Counted from the first letter of the stretch, positions 30,026-41,889 are shown. The stretch: DNA of 64,000 bases from an uncultured Actinomycetes bacterium (GCA_963714995.1 CAVQQP010000003.1:3425-67424), one strand, 5' to 3'. The notes: generated by a model from the letters alone, not told the origin. Program-made: numbers and translations.

Positions 30026-31538
30026 TCAGGCCAGGGCGTCGAGCTCCTTGGCCTTGGGCAGGGCCACGGCCTCGATCTCCTCCTCGGTCATCTCCTCCTC
30101 GGCCTCCTTGGCGAAGCCGCGGGCCTTGGTGATCGCGAACGTCGCGACCATCGCGACGCTGATGGAGATGGCCATGCCGACGAAGTACATCGGGATCTTC
30201 TCCGGGGTGACCAGGGCGGTGCCGGGCAGCGCCGGTGGCGCCGATGCTGGTCATCGTCACGTCCGTGGCCACCACGAAGGCGCCCGGCGCACCCGCCGCC
30301 GAGCAGGGCGCCGAGGAACGGTGTGAGCAGGCGCAGGTTCACCCCGAAGATCGCCGGTTCGGTGATGCCCGAGGAAGGCCGACACCGCCGACGGGATCGC
30401 GATGTCCTTGATCTTGGTCTTCCGGTGGCGGATCAGGAAGTACGCCGCCAGCGCGGCACCACCCTGGGCGACGTTGGACATCGACCAGATCGGCAGCAGC
30501 GGGTTGGCCATGACGCCGGGTCGGCCAGCAGGCCGAGCTCGACGGCGTGGAACGAGTGGTGCACGCCGGTGATCACCAGCAGCGAGTAGGTCGCGCCCAT
30601 GATGAACCCGGCGACGGGTCCACCGAAGTCGAGCAGGTTGACGAAGAAGTCCGAGATCAGCTCGCCGACCCAGCGCATGACCGGGCCGATGACCAGGATC
30701 GTCGCGAAGCCGGTGGCGATCACGGCGAACAGCGGGGTGAACAGCATGTCCAGCACGGTCGGCATCCGCTTGCGCAGCCACTTCTCCACGATCGCCAGGA
30801 ACCAGACCGCGAACAGGACCGGCAGCACCGTGCCCTGGTAGCCGATCTGCTCGATCTCCCAGCCGAACAGCGTCCAGGTCGGGATCTCGCCGGAGAGGGC
30901 AGCCTGGCCCTGGGCCCAGGCGTTGAGCATGTCCGGGTGGACCATGATCATGCCGATCACGCGCACCGAGGTACTGGTTGGCCCCGAACACCTTCGCGGC
31001 GCTGAAGCCGATCAGGACCGGCAGGAACACGAAGGCGGCGTTGGCGAACATGTTGATCATCGACGCGAGGTCGGCGATCGCCGGCCATTGGCCGATCAGT
31101 TCTCGTCGTCCCGAGCCACGGCCAGAGACCGGGCTGGGCCAGCAGGTTGTACAGGCCCATCATCAGGCCGGAGGCGACCAGGGCCGGGATCAGCGGGACG
31201 AAGATGTCCGAGAGCGTCTTGACCGCGCGCTGCGCAGGGTTCATGTGCGCGGCAGCGGCCTTCTTGACCTCCTCCATGCTGGCTTCCTGGATGTTGGTCA
31301 GCTTGGCCAGCTCGTCGTGGACCTTGTTGACGGTGCCCGGGCCGAGGATGATCTGGTACTGCCCGCCGGCGGTGAACGACCCGGCCACGGCCTCGATCTT
31401 CTCCACGGCCTTCTTGTCCGCCTTGGTCTCGTCGACGAGCACGAGCCGCAGCCGGGTTGCGCAGTGGGCGTAGCTGGCGATGTTCTCCGGCCCGCCCACG
31501 TCCTTCAGGATCTGTTCTGCGATCCCCTTGTAGTCCAT
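30026..31538 (-). pseudogene. PTS sucrose-type EIIBC component, at least 6 frameshifts
   Basis: EIIB 'YAHCATRLRLVL'. EIIC pieces lie in alternating frames: 'MINMFANAAFVFLPVLIGFSAAKVFGANQYLGA', 'GYQGTVLPVLFAVW...', 'MANPLLPIWSMSNVAQGGAAL', 'ITEPAIFGVNLRLLTPFLGALLGG', '...PEKIPMYFVGMAISI...KELDALA*'. Approximate breaks at 31105, 30960, 30525, 30365, 30290 and 30235. Confidence 0.8.
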
Positions 31539-31654
31539 CCCTGCACCTCTCTTGGGGTGTGGAGCCGCCCGCGTCCTGCGTGCGGTCTCACCGGCAGGTC
31601 GCCGGATCTCGTTGTGCGGCTCGTAGTCAGTATGCTACGGATCGAACCGAGAAT

Positions 31655-31788
31655 TGCAAGCGCTTACATCAAATATCTGCAGAGATGTGATGAGGAGCAC
31701 ACGTTGCACACGTTTGCACGACGCGACTAGGCGTGAGAACGGTTGCATGATAGCGTTTGCAGCATGCTCCTTCCTGACAGCGTTTGCA
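31655..31788. promoter_or_regulatory. four LacI-family operator-like 14-mers in the AT-richer divergent PTS/LacI intergenic region
   Basis: TGCAAGCGCTTACA (31655-31668), TGCACACGTTTGCA (31705-31718), TGATAGCGTTTGCA (31748-31761), TGACAGCGTTTGCA (31775-31788). All fit TGnnAnCGnTTnCA-type palindromes. Confidence 0.6.
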
Positions 31789-31798
31789 GAGGTGTCCT

Positions 31799-32895
31799 GT
31801 GTCGACTAACGGACATCTGAACCAGCGGAGGCCCGGTGCGGGTGCGGACATCGAGGCAGTTGCGCGACTGGCCGGGGTGTCGACGGCGACGGTCTCCCGG
31901 GCGCTGCGCGGCCTGCCGAACGTGTCGGCGGACACCAGGGCCCGGGTCCTGGCCGCTGCCCGGGAGCTGGACTACGTGATCTCGCCGAGCGCCTCGCGCC
32001 TGGCCAGTGGGCAGACCCACTCGATCGGGGTGGTCACGCCCTACCTCGGTCGATGGTTCTTCGGCCAGGTCCTGTCCGGTGCCGAGGAGGTGCTGCGCGC
32101 GGCCGGGTACGACGTGCTGCTGTACGCGCTGCCCGACGAGGCCAGCCGGGCGGACTTCTTCGCGCGCATGCCCCTTCGCCGCAGGGTCGATGGGGTGCTC
32201 GTCCTGACCCTGCCCATGGAGGAGTGCCGAGATCGAGCAGCTGGGCGCCCTCGGGGTGCCCATCGGATCGGTGGGGGTCCCCGGCCCGGGGGTCTCCTGC
32301 GTGTCCATCGATGATGCGGCCGCGGCCCGGGTCGCGGTCAACCACCTGGTCAACCTGGGCCACGAGCGGATTGCCCTGATCGGCGGCGGCCCGAGCGAGC
32401 CGATCCACTTCACGGTGCCCCACGACCGACTCGCCGGCTACCGGGGGGCCATGGCCGACGCGGGCCTTCCGGTGCCCTGACGGGTACGAGGCCGACGGGG
32501 CCTTCACCTTCGCCGGGGGGGAGGCGGCGATGGCCGACCTGCTCTCGCTGCCGAACCCGCCGACCGCGGTCTTCGCGGAGTCCGACGAGATGGCCATGGG
32601 TGCCATGCGCACGATTCGGCACTCCGGGCTGCGCTGCCCCGACGACATCAGCATCGTCGGCTTCGACGACCACGAGCTGGCCGAGATGATGGACCTGACC
32701 ACGATCGCCCAGCCGGTCCACGAGCAGGGCAGGATCGCCGCGCAGCTGCTCCTCGACCGGATCGCCGGGGCCCAGGCCACGGATCGTCAGCTGCCGACCC
32801 GGATCGTCCTGCGGTCGAGCACCAGCCCACCCGGGGGCGGGCGGATCGACGCGCACTGGCAGGCCGCGCGACCTCGCGCTACCGTGAGTTGGTGA
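31799..32895 (+). pseudogene. LacI-family transcriptional regulator, 2 frameshifts
   Basis: HTH 'IEAVARLAGVSTATVSRALRG' ... 'VLVLTLPMEE' | 'AEIEQLGALGVPIGSVG...HLVNLGHERIALIGG' | 'DGYEADGAFTF...AVFAESDEMAMGAM...IVGFDD'. Apparent extra t at about 32225 and about 32478. Confidence 0.75.
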
Positions 32896-32914
32896 CCGCG
32901 TCTGGGAGCCTGGG

Positions 32915-33452
32915 ATGAGCAGGCGGTACGTGCTGTTCGCCGCCGTGTACGGGTCCGGCCCGCAGGCTCTCGAGGGGCTGCGGGTCCTCAGCTCGGCGGG
33001 CCGGGAGGAGGTTGCCGGGTCCGGCCTGCTGCACCGTGACGAGGACGGTCGCACGACGCTGGAGACGACCGGCGGGTCCTCGATCGTGCGCGCGGCCCTG
33101 CTCGGGCTCGTCGTCGGCCTCGCCGCGGGGCTGGGCACGAGGCTCATGTGGTGCCACGGCCCTGATCGGGGCGGTGATCGGGGCGCTGGTGGGCTACAAC
33201 GACCGGACGACGGAGGTCCGCGAGCTGCGCAGCCTCGTCGGCGAGCTGGTCCCAGCAGGCGGTTGCGCCATCGTGGCGGTCGCCGAGCAGGACCTCGCAG
33301 GTCGACTGTCGCAGCAGTTCGACCTCGCCCAGGCGACCCGCATGATCCCCATCTCGGGCCGACGGATGTCGGAGCTCGCACGCCGGATGGCCAGCGGGAA
33401 CGCCGACGTCCTGCGGGCCCTCGACGGTCCGGACCGCTCGACCGCCGGATGA
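32915..33452 (+). pseudogene. DUF1269-like small membrane protein, 1 frameshift
   Basis: 'MSRRYVLFAAVYGSGPQALEGLRVL...LLHRDEDGRTTLETTG' continues in another frame as 'ALIGAVIGALVGY...GGCAIVAVAEQD'. Break near 33145. The family call is from memory. Confidence 0.5.
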
Positions 33453-33516
33453 CCGGTGAGGACGCCGGGCCGTGTGCGATGATCCAGCCCAGTCGTGTCG
33501 GGAGGTGGGGAAGCGG

Positions 33517-33720
33517 ATGTCATCACCTGATGAGGTGGACCCGCGCCGGGTGAGGTGGACGTGGCAGGCGCTCGGCGGCCTGGTCCTGATCGTCGCCTAC
33601 CTGCTGCTGCTGAATCTCGTGTACCGCTCCGGCAACGAGATCCTCGCGCTGGCGCTGCTCGCCGTGGGGCTCGTGGCCCCAGGGGTCTGGCAGCTGCGCC
33701 GTAGCCGTTCCAGGGACTGA
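33517..33720 (+). CDS. hypothetical two-helix membrane peptide (67 aa)
   Basis: 'WQALGGLVLIVAYLLLLNLVY' and 'ILALALLAVGLVAPGVW'. Confidence 0.4.
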   Translation: MSSPDEVDPRRVRWTWQALGGLVLIVAYLLLLNLVYRSGNEILALALLAVGLVAPGVWQLRRSRSRD

Positions 33721-33753
33721 GGTCGCCGGCCGCCCGGCACGCCTCTGCGGGCC

Positions 33754-35222
33754 TCAGCGGCTGACCCAGATCGACACCCCGCGCCCCGCGGCAGCGGAAC
33801 TCCGCCCGACCGTGCGGCGTCGGTCGTGAGGGTCCCGCGGGACGGCCGCCGGTCGCGTCGGTGAAGTCGGCGTCGCGGGCAGCCCGGTGTCGAACACCTG
33901 CACCCCTGGCCCGCCGTTGCTCATCAGGACCACGACGACCAGCCCGGGTGCGCGACGGATCCACCCGATCACGTTGGAGTGGTCGAACGCGTCGACCTGC
34001 TCCGCGTCACCGAGGTCGCGTCGTAGTCCCAGGCAGAGGTCGAGGAAGGCCCGATGCGAGGCCATCTCCACGTCGACGGGCTCCTCGCCCCAGCGCTGCT
34101 CGGTGTAGGCAGCGCCGTAGTAGTCGGCGTGGAAGACGCACGGGAAGCCCTCGCGGCGCAGCAGGATCAGCGCGTAGGCCAGGGGCTTGAACCACGTCTC
34201 GACGGGCGACTCGAGGGCCTGCATCGGCTGCGAGTCGTGGTTGTCGACGAACGTCACTGCCATGTCGTGGCGGGCGCCGACCAGGGAGCCGTCGAAGATG
34301 CGTGCGCAGGTCGAACGCGTTCCCCTGCAGCCCGGCACGGTGGAAGGCGAAGTGCAGCGGCACATCGAACAGCATCATCCGGTCACCCACGGCGGTCAGG
34401 AACCACTGGAGGGCCCCCAGATCGGCACTCCAGTACTCGGCGACCACCGGGATCTCCCGGCCGGAGTGCGCGCGCAGGGCATCGAGGTAGATGGGCAGCA
34501 CCCAGGCCGGGATGTGCTTGACGGCATCCAGGCGCAGGCCGTCGACACCCGGTGGTGTCGAGGTACCAGGCGCCCCAGTCGATGGTCATCGCCTGGACCT
34601 CGGGGCTGGACTGGTCGACGTCGCAGCCCATCAGGTAGGCGTAGTTGCCGAACTCGTCAGCGACGTGGTCGTCGAAGGACTTGCCCTCGAACAGGTAGAT
34701 CGTGTCCCACTCGTCGGGGCGCCGCTCGTCGAAGTCCACGGCGTCGAAGTGCCGGTGGTCGAGCGTGCGGTCGTCGTAGGTGCCACCCCGACCGGCGAAG
34801 TCGAAGCGGGTCCAGACCTCCACCTCACGGGTCGGCCCGGACGGACGGCTGCGGTCGTGGGTCGAGTGCGGGGTGGCCCGGATCGCCTCGGACCCGTCGC
34901 CGCCGAGCCGGTGGTTCCAGACGATGTCGGCGTACACGGCGATGCCCGCTGCCTGCAGCGCCCGGATGGCGGCCAGGTACTGGTCCCTGGTGCCGTACTT
35001 GGTCGGGATCGTGCCCTTCTGGTCGAACTCGCCGAGGTCGTACATGTCGTAGACGCCGTAGCCCACGTCGTAGCCCCCGACATGGCCCTTGTACGCCGGC
35101 GGCAGCCAGATCGCCGTGAACCCGGCGCGGGCAAGGTCATCGGCCGCGGCCGTGACCTCCCTCCAGAGGGTCCCGCCCTGGGGCAGGTACCAGTGGAAGG
35201 CCTGCAGCATCACCCCGGTCAT
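33754..35222 (-). pseudogene. cytoplasmic GH13 alpha-amylase, at least 4 frameshifts
   Basis: 'MLQAFHWYLP', 'AIWLPPAYKG', 'VYADIVWNH', then (frame change) 'VDGLRLDAVKHIP..EYW', then 'VTFVDNHDSQP', and a C-terminal compensated pair around 33870/33790 ('RDADFTDATGGRP..HGRAEF' is read in another frame before 'GVSIWVSR*'). Confidence 0.8.
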
Positions 35223-35344
35223 GGCTGTGGCCGCCCGTCGGGACGAGCGGGGTCGCCCGACGTGGTGGTGCGGGTGCTGCGGACCATGCCTGATGGTCGC
35301 ACCTGGGGCCCGGGAAGTCGCGGACGGGCGGCTACCCTGACCGG

Positions 35345-36109
35345 ATGCAGTGGCTGGTGCGCGGTGAGGGGCAGGTGCCCACGGGTCAGGACTGGCTGGT
35401 CGGGTCCGAGGCCGCGCGGGCCGCGGGGATGCGCTTCACGAAGCGCCGCAACGAGTACCTCGTGCGCCGGTACGCCGGCAAGTGCGCGGTGGCAGCGGCG
35501 GTCGGGCTCCCGGCTGATCCGATCAGCCTGGGGCGCATCGGCGTGCTCAACCGGATGACCGGCGCGCCCTACGTCGAGGTCGACGGCCAGCCGCTCGGCC
35601 TGGACATCTCCCTGACGGATCGGGCCGGGTGGGCGGTCTGCCTGGTCGGACCCGACCTCGGCGCGGTCGGGGTCGACCTGGAGATCGTCGAGCCGCGCAG
35701 TGCCGGGTTCGTCAGCGACTTCCTGACACCCGCCGAGCAGGCGGTCGTGGCGGGCGCCGAGGGGCCCGACGGACACGACGCAGCGGCCAACCTGATCTGG
35801 TCGGCCAAGGAGAGCGCCCTGAAGGTGCTGCGCACGGGCCTGCGAGCCGACACCCGGACCGTCGAGGTGGTCCTCGAGAGCCCGGCGGGGATCACCGCCG
35901 GGGCACAGCGTGCGGACGGGTGGCAGCGCCTGGCCGTGTCCTCGGGGGCCAGCCGGTTCCCGGGCTGGTGGCGCCGCGACGGGGTGTTCCTGCTCACCAT
36001 GGTCGCCGCGGCGGGTCTGGAGGACCCGCCACTGGCGCTGCCCGGCTCGGCCGACCTGACGACGGCCGAACCGATCCACTCGTGGGTGCACCACCCCCTG
36101 GCCGACTGA
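35345..36109 (+). CDS. Sfp-type 4'-phosphopantetheinyl transferase
   Basis: 'GAPYVEVDG', 'GVDLEIVEPR', 'WSAKESALKVL' (W/KEA motif). Intact, and convergent on the carboxylase-like gene with a 9-nt gap. Confidence 0.85.
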   Translation: MQWLVRGEGQVPTGQDWLVGSEAARAAGMRFTKRRNEYLVRRYAGKCAVAAAVGLPADPISLGRIGVLNRMTGAPYVEVDGQPLGLDISLTDRAGWAVCLVGPDLGAVGVDLEIVEPRSAGFVSDFLTPAEQAVVAGAEGPDGHDAAANLIWSAKESALKVLRTGLRADTRTVEVVLESPAGITAGAQRADGWQRLAVSSGASRFPGWWRRDGVFLLTMVAAAGLEDPPLALPGSADLTTAEPIHSWVHHPLAD

Positions 36110-36118
36110 CCCCGGAAC

Positions 36119-39100
36119 CTACGCGCCCGACTCCTCCTTGGCCATGCCGCGCTCGAGGGCGTCGATGACGTAGGGCCGCAGGTCCGCGGCGGAGATGATG
36201 CGGTCCACCGAGCCCATCTCCAGGGCCCGGTCGATCGTGTGCACCGCATCGAACTCGCTGGCCGCCTCACCGAGCTTCTCCGAGCGCACCTGCTCGGTGA
36301 TCTCGGCCAGCCGCGCACGTCGCTCGGTCGCCTCGGCCCCCGTGGTGCCGGCCAGCAGCTTCTTGGCCGCGACCACGCGGGGATCGGCGTCCACGCGCCC
36401 GCGGACCTCACGGGCGAAGACCGTGGCCGCCGCCGGGGCGCCACCGATCACCGACGCGTACGAGCCCTCGACGGCCACGACCTCCATCTGCGGGTTCAGG
36501 GCCTTGGAGAACACCACGAACGCACCACCGTGGTAGCGCGAGATGACCACGAACACGATCGGGCCCTTGAAGTTGGTGACCGCACGCCCGATCTCGGCGC
36601 CGTACTCCAGCTGCCAGTGCCGCATCGACTCCGGCGACCCGTCGAACCCGGACAGGTTCGCCAGCACGACCAGGGGCCGGTTGCCGCTCGCGGACGTCAC
36701 TGCGCGCGCGGTCTTGCGCGAGGCCTGCGGGAACAGCGTGCCCGAGGTCCAGGACGGCGGGCCGTCGGCCGGGACGAACCCACGGCGGGGGATGGGTCGG
36801 GACTCCAGGCCGAGCATGCAGACACTGATCCCGCCGACGCGCGCATCCCAGACCACGGAGTTCTCGCCCCCGCGCCAGCGCTTCCAGCGCTCCAGCGGCT
36901 CGCAGTCCTGGTCGGTGACCGAGCGCATCACCGAGCGCACGTCGAAGGGCTTCTTGCGCTCCGGGTTGTGCTCGGCAGAGAAGATGTCGCCCACGACCGT
37001 GAAGTCGCAGTCCGGCACCGCGGCGTGCGGGAACGGCCGCACGTCCCTGTTGAGGGGGTCGGTTGTCGCGATCCGGCGCGGGAACCGCTCGCCGGGCTTC
37101 ACGTACGTGTACTCGTAGTGGTGCAGGAGCAGCTGGCACGCGTCCGCCAACGACGGGGCCCAGTACTGCGCCTGCCCGTTGGGGCCCATCACGCGCTCGT
37201 AGCCGCCGATGCCGAAGTTGTCGTCGGCGGACACGCCCCCGGAGAAGTCCAGGGCCTGCTTGCCGGTGAGCACCATGGAGCTGCCCGGGGTCATGATCAG
37301 GATGCCCCGGGTGTGCAGCAGCATCGTGGCCTCGGCGTTCCAGTACGGCTGGCCGCCGACGTTGATGCCGGTCACGACGATGTTGATCTCGCCGCCGGCC
37401 TGGGTGAACTCGATGATCCTGCGCAGCGTGAGCGCGATCCAGTCCATGTTCTCGGTGCCGGACTCCATCGAGATCAGCGCGCCGGAGGAGACCGCGAACC
37501 ACTCGACGGGCACGCCCATCTGCGCGGCCAGGGCCAGGGCCGCGTTGACGATGCGGCACTCCGGCTCGGCGAGGTTGCCCAGGCCGCGGGTCGGGTCGGA
37601 CAGCATGATCACCCGGGTCATGCCCTCGGGGTAGGCCTCGGTGTAGGTGGTGAGCAGCCCGACGACGAGGTTCGAGCTGTTGAGGCCCGGCTCCCGCTCG
37701 ACCGGGATGAGGACCTCGCCGGACTCATCGAGGTCGTGCTCGACGAAGTGGGCGGGCAGGAACTTGCCGACCGTCCCCGGCTGCGGGGCGAACATCCGCA
37801 GGATCTCGAACGGGTAGGGCACCCCGAAGCGCTGGGCAGTCAGCACCTTCTGCCGGTAGCGCGTGAGCGGGCGCACGATGTCGTCGCGGACGGGCTCCTC
37901 GGTGACGGTGATGGCCCCGGTGATGATGCCGTCGACGTTGAACACCGTGGGCGTCAGGGTCCCGTCGGGCTGGGGCATCAGGGTGCGCAGGACGACCAGC
38001 TCCAGGCCGGCGCCGCCGGCGAGCGGGATCATGAGCTCGGCCAGGTCCGACCAGTGCTCCTTGGGCACCGTCCAGGGTGGGCGCACGAACAGCGTGATCC
38101 GGTTGGCCTGGGGTCGTCCCCGCTCCGGGAAGGTCGCGCGGGCGCGGCGCATGGCGATGATCGCCTGCAGGCCCATCCGCTCGAGCGTCGGATACCCGGG
38201 CTGGCCGCCGCGCGAGTCGGGGACGACCGTCATGTCGCGCACCTCGGCCAGGGCGAACAGCCGATGGTCCTTCGGGTTGTCCCGGGCGACGCCGTGGAAC
38301 AGGTAGACGTCCTCCATGGAGGGCAGCCGGGTCAGGTCGAAGTTCTCCAGGCGCCACAGCTCGAGTCGCTTGGCCAGCATCGGGTGCAGGTTGCGGTAGA
38401 AGCGGTCCTCGACCAGGTGCCCGTCCTCGCCGGTCCGGTACGTGAAGTACTGGGTCTGGTTCTCCGGGTCGATGTCGACGGCCAGGCTGGACACCGTCAC
38501 GTCCAGGCGCCAGATCGGTCGGCCGAGTCCCATCCGGCCACGTGCTCGGCGATCACCGCGGAGAGCTCGTCGCCGCTCGGGTGGCTGTCGGGGCGCCAGG
38601 TCATGACGTCGATGACCGGGTTGCGGCTCGGGTCCACGTCGGCCATGTGGGCGGCGACGGCCCGACCCACCGCGCTGATGTCCGAGAACGGCGTGAACGC
38701 CAGGACGACGTGGATCGAACGGCCCTCGAAGTCGTAGTCGGTGTGGCAGAGCATGATGCCCGCGACCTCCTCGACCTTCAGGTCGCGGATCGGGCGGGTC
38801 CGGTACCAGCGCCGGGCGCGGACCTCCAGCAGGGCCGCCTGCAGGTCCTTGTCGGTCGTGGCCATGCGCCGGCGCAGCAGCAGCTTGCGCATCGGCTGGG
38901 GGGCGTCCACCAGGGCTGCGATGCGCTCGGCGCGCTCGGGGCGGTTGGGATCCTCGGCAAGTGCGTCGAGGTGGGCCTCCATGCGGGCCTGCATCTGGGC
39001 GCGACCGGCCTCCACGACCGGCTCGTCGATGAACCGGAACCGTGCGTCCCGGGCGAGGTCGGCCACGGCCTCGAGCTGACCCTGGGTGGAGGCGGTCAGG

Positions 39101-40996
39101 CGGTCGTAGCGGATCCGAGCCGAGTCGTCGACGAACGGCAGGATCCGGTCGCGGTAGCGCAGGCGTCGCTCGAGGATCCCGGTCACCACCCGGGCCAGCT
39201 GCGGACGACGCGCCTGCGAGCCGAACAGCAGCACGACGGCCTGTTCCAGCTCAGGGCTGCGGTGCAGGTCGGTCACGCCGTAGCGGGCCAGGACCTTGGA
39301 CAGGCGGCGCCGCATCTGTACGGGCAGGCCGACGCGGTCCGGGTCCAGCCACTGGATGTAGCCCAGGAGGTACTCGCGGGCGGTGGTCACGACCAGGTCG
39401 GACTGGGGTCCGCTCTCCCGCTCGGACTGCCAGAGCAGGCCGAGGTCGGTGAACAGGTCCAGGAAGCCGTCCTCGGCGGCCAGCAGCTTCGTGTCGCCGG
39501 CGCTGGCGCGGTTGGCGAAGGAGCGCTGCTCGGACAGGAGTGCGGACAGGGACGCGGGGTCGAGCTCATAGCCCAGCAGGTAGCCGCGCAGCGCGGTGTA
39601 GACCCGGTCGAACGGGGGGCGACCCGACGTGTCGGACAGGGCCATGCCGGAGAAGCTGACACGGGAGCCGTTGGTCGGCTGGAGGCCCTTCTCCGCATCC
39701 CCGCGGGTCGCCGGGCGGATCAGCACCAGGGGGGCGCCGGCATCCACCTGCTCGTTGGGCAGCACCTCGACGGAGGTGACCGTGCCGGCGAACGGCGCCC
39801 GGAGGGTGGACTCCATCTTCATCGCCTCGGCGATGACCAGGGGGTCACCCTCGGCCACCTCCTGACCGGGGGCGACGGCGACCGAGACGATGAGCGCCGG
39901 CCACTGCGCACGCACGGCGATGCCCTCGTCGCGGTCGACGCGGTGGGCGATCCCGTCGATCTCCAGCAGGCAGCCGGTCCCGTGCGAGGCGATGACGACA
40001 TGCCGGTCGCGGCCCGCCGCCGTGACGGTCCACTCGAAGTCGTTCTCCCGGTCGATGGCCACCTCGGCCACGGCATCCCCGGAGTCGATGCGGTACGTGT
40101 GCGGCCCCGTCTGGAAGACCCGCAGGGCGTACTGCTGGCCGTCGTAGGTGAGGGTCGTGGACACGCCGGAGGCATCGACCGGCTCCGGGCGTCCCCGGGC
40201 GGCACGGGCATGGAACGCAGCGCGCTGGGTCTCGCGCTGGGAGTCGCTGGCCCGGACCGCCGAGACCAGGACGGCCACCGGGTCGGACTGAGGCCGGGAT
40301 GTCGCGGGGGTCCCGTCGATCTCGGCAGCGACTGCGGCAAGCAGGGCGGTGCGGTTGCAGGCCGAGCCCGCGACCACGACGGCACAGGCCTCCAGGGCAT
40401 GGCGCAGCCGGGTCAGGGCGGTGGCCCGGTCGCGGCCGTGGGCGACGATGCGCAGGGCAACGCCGGAGCCGATGGCGGCACCCACGGCCGCGCGCTCGAC
40501 CACGCGGATCCCCGGTCCCTGCGGCGGGCGCAGGTACAGGACCGGCGCGCCGTCGGGGGCATCGGCCGCGAACAGTCGTGCCTCGACCGCGTGCCCCGAG
40601 GCAGCCGGGGGCTCACCGTCGCGCAAGTGCGGCCAGGTCGATCCCCAGCAGCTCCTCAGCCAGGGCCCACCCGCCCAGGGGTGCGCCGTCCGGTTCGGCG
40701 TCCGGGGTGGCCGCAGGGGTCGGATCCGTGGTGACCGTCAACGCGATGTCGTGGTGGCCGGGACCGCGCTGCTGGGCGGCATCCCGGGCGACCTGGGCGG
40801 CCACCGCAGCGGCGGCAGGGTCCAGCGCGGGACCCTCCACGAGCGACCCCGCCATCAGCCCGGCCCCGGTGAGGGACCGGCAGGCAGGAAGGACCCACGC
40901 GCGACCGCGTGGGTCGACCACAACCGGTACTTCGACCTTCACGACCGCCACCTGCTCTGCCTCGGGTGTCCTCTTGCTCCGACGTGGTGCGCCCAT
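36119..40996 (-). pseudogene. single-chain eukaryote-like acyl-CoA carboxylase homolog: degenerate/truncated BC - BCCP - central region - carboxyltransferase; 2 frame breaks
   Basis: BC remnant 'VKVEVPVVVDPRGRAWVLP...ELLGIDLAALA' | 'RDGEPPAASGHAVEARLFAADAP...GIRVV', biotinyl 'PLVIAEAMKMESTL', central region, | CT 'NIVVTGINVGGQPYWNAEATMLLHTRGILIMT...GISVCMLGLESR...LANLSGFDGSPESMRH...ISRYHGGAFVV'. Breaks near 40620 and 38520. The ATG at 40996 lies 6 nt after the PKS stop. Confidence 0.8.
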
Positions 40997-41002
40997 GGTG
41001 CG

Positions 41003-41889
41003 TCAGTCCGCCATCACCGTGCGGATGGGTGCCTGCACATCATCGGCCAAGGGCTGGGGCAGTGTCACGGTGCGGTAGCCCTCCAGGCGGACCAGTACCG
41101 AACCCGAGGCATCGGTGACGAGGCAGTCGAACCCGTCCGGCCCCTGCTGGGCGGTGACGGTCAGCGGACCCTCGGCGGCCTCGCCCGCTGAGCCCAGCAC
41201 GACGGCACGGGTCACGTGCGTGGGCAGGGCCAGGCGGCCCGTCCCGACCGACCTCCCAGAGCCCGGCGGCCTGGAAGCACAGCTCGATCAGGCGGGGTGC
41301 GGCCTGGGTCGGCTGGTCACTCGGGACGTGGTTGGCCGGGAGGTCGGCGGCGAACTGCGCCGCCGAGCGGTCCCCGTCGCGCCACGCGGCGTCGATCACC
41401 TGGTAGGCCGGGCCGTGGAAGTACATCGCGTAGACGTCGTCCGCCGCGCACCTCCGCACCCTGCCGCGCCGGCGGGTCCTGGTGCTCGCCGTCGGGTGCC
41501 GACCTGGTGAGCCGGACGAGCCCGGTGAAGTGCGTCGTCCGGGTCGGGGCGTCGGACCCGGGCAGCTGGCGCTCGGCCTCGATCCGGCACTCGGCCAGCA
41601 GGTCGTCGCCGTCGGGACGCAGCAGGGCGGTGATCTCGATCGTGCGCGGCTCATCGCGGTAGAACTTCAGCGGGGCGAGGAAGTCGACGTCCTCGACGGC
41701 GGCCAGCGACCACTCCGGCGCCAGCAGTCGGGCCACCTCGACCATGCCCTCGATGCCCATCACGCCGGGCAGCAGGGCGGTGACGCGGTCACCTCGGTGG
41801 TCGTCGAGGAACGGCTGCTCCTTCGGGTCCAGCGTGGTGTGCACCGTGATCCCGTAGTTGACGCTGTCGCGCACGACCTCGCCGACCAT
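41003..41889 (-). other. PKS-type (double hot-dog) dehydratase domain
   Basis: '[21 protein letters not shown]' (HxxxGxxxxP), '[15 protein letters not shown]', 'LIELCFQAAGLWEVG'. It contains two of the frame breaks. Confidence 0.7.
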
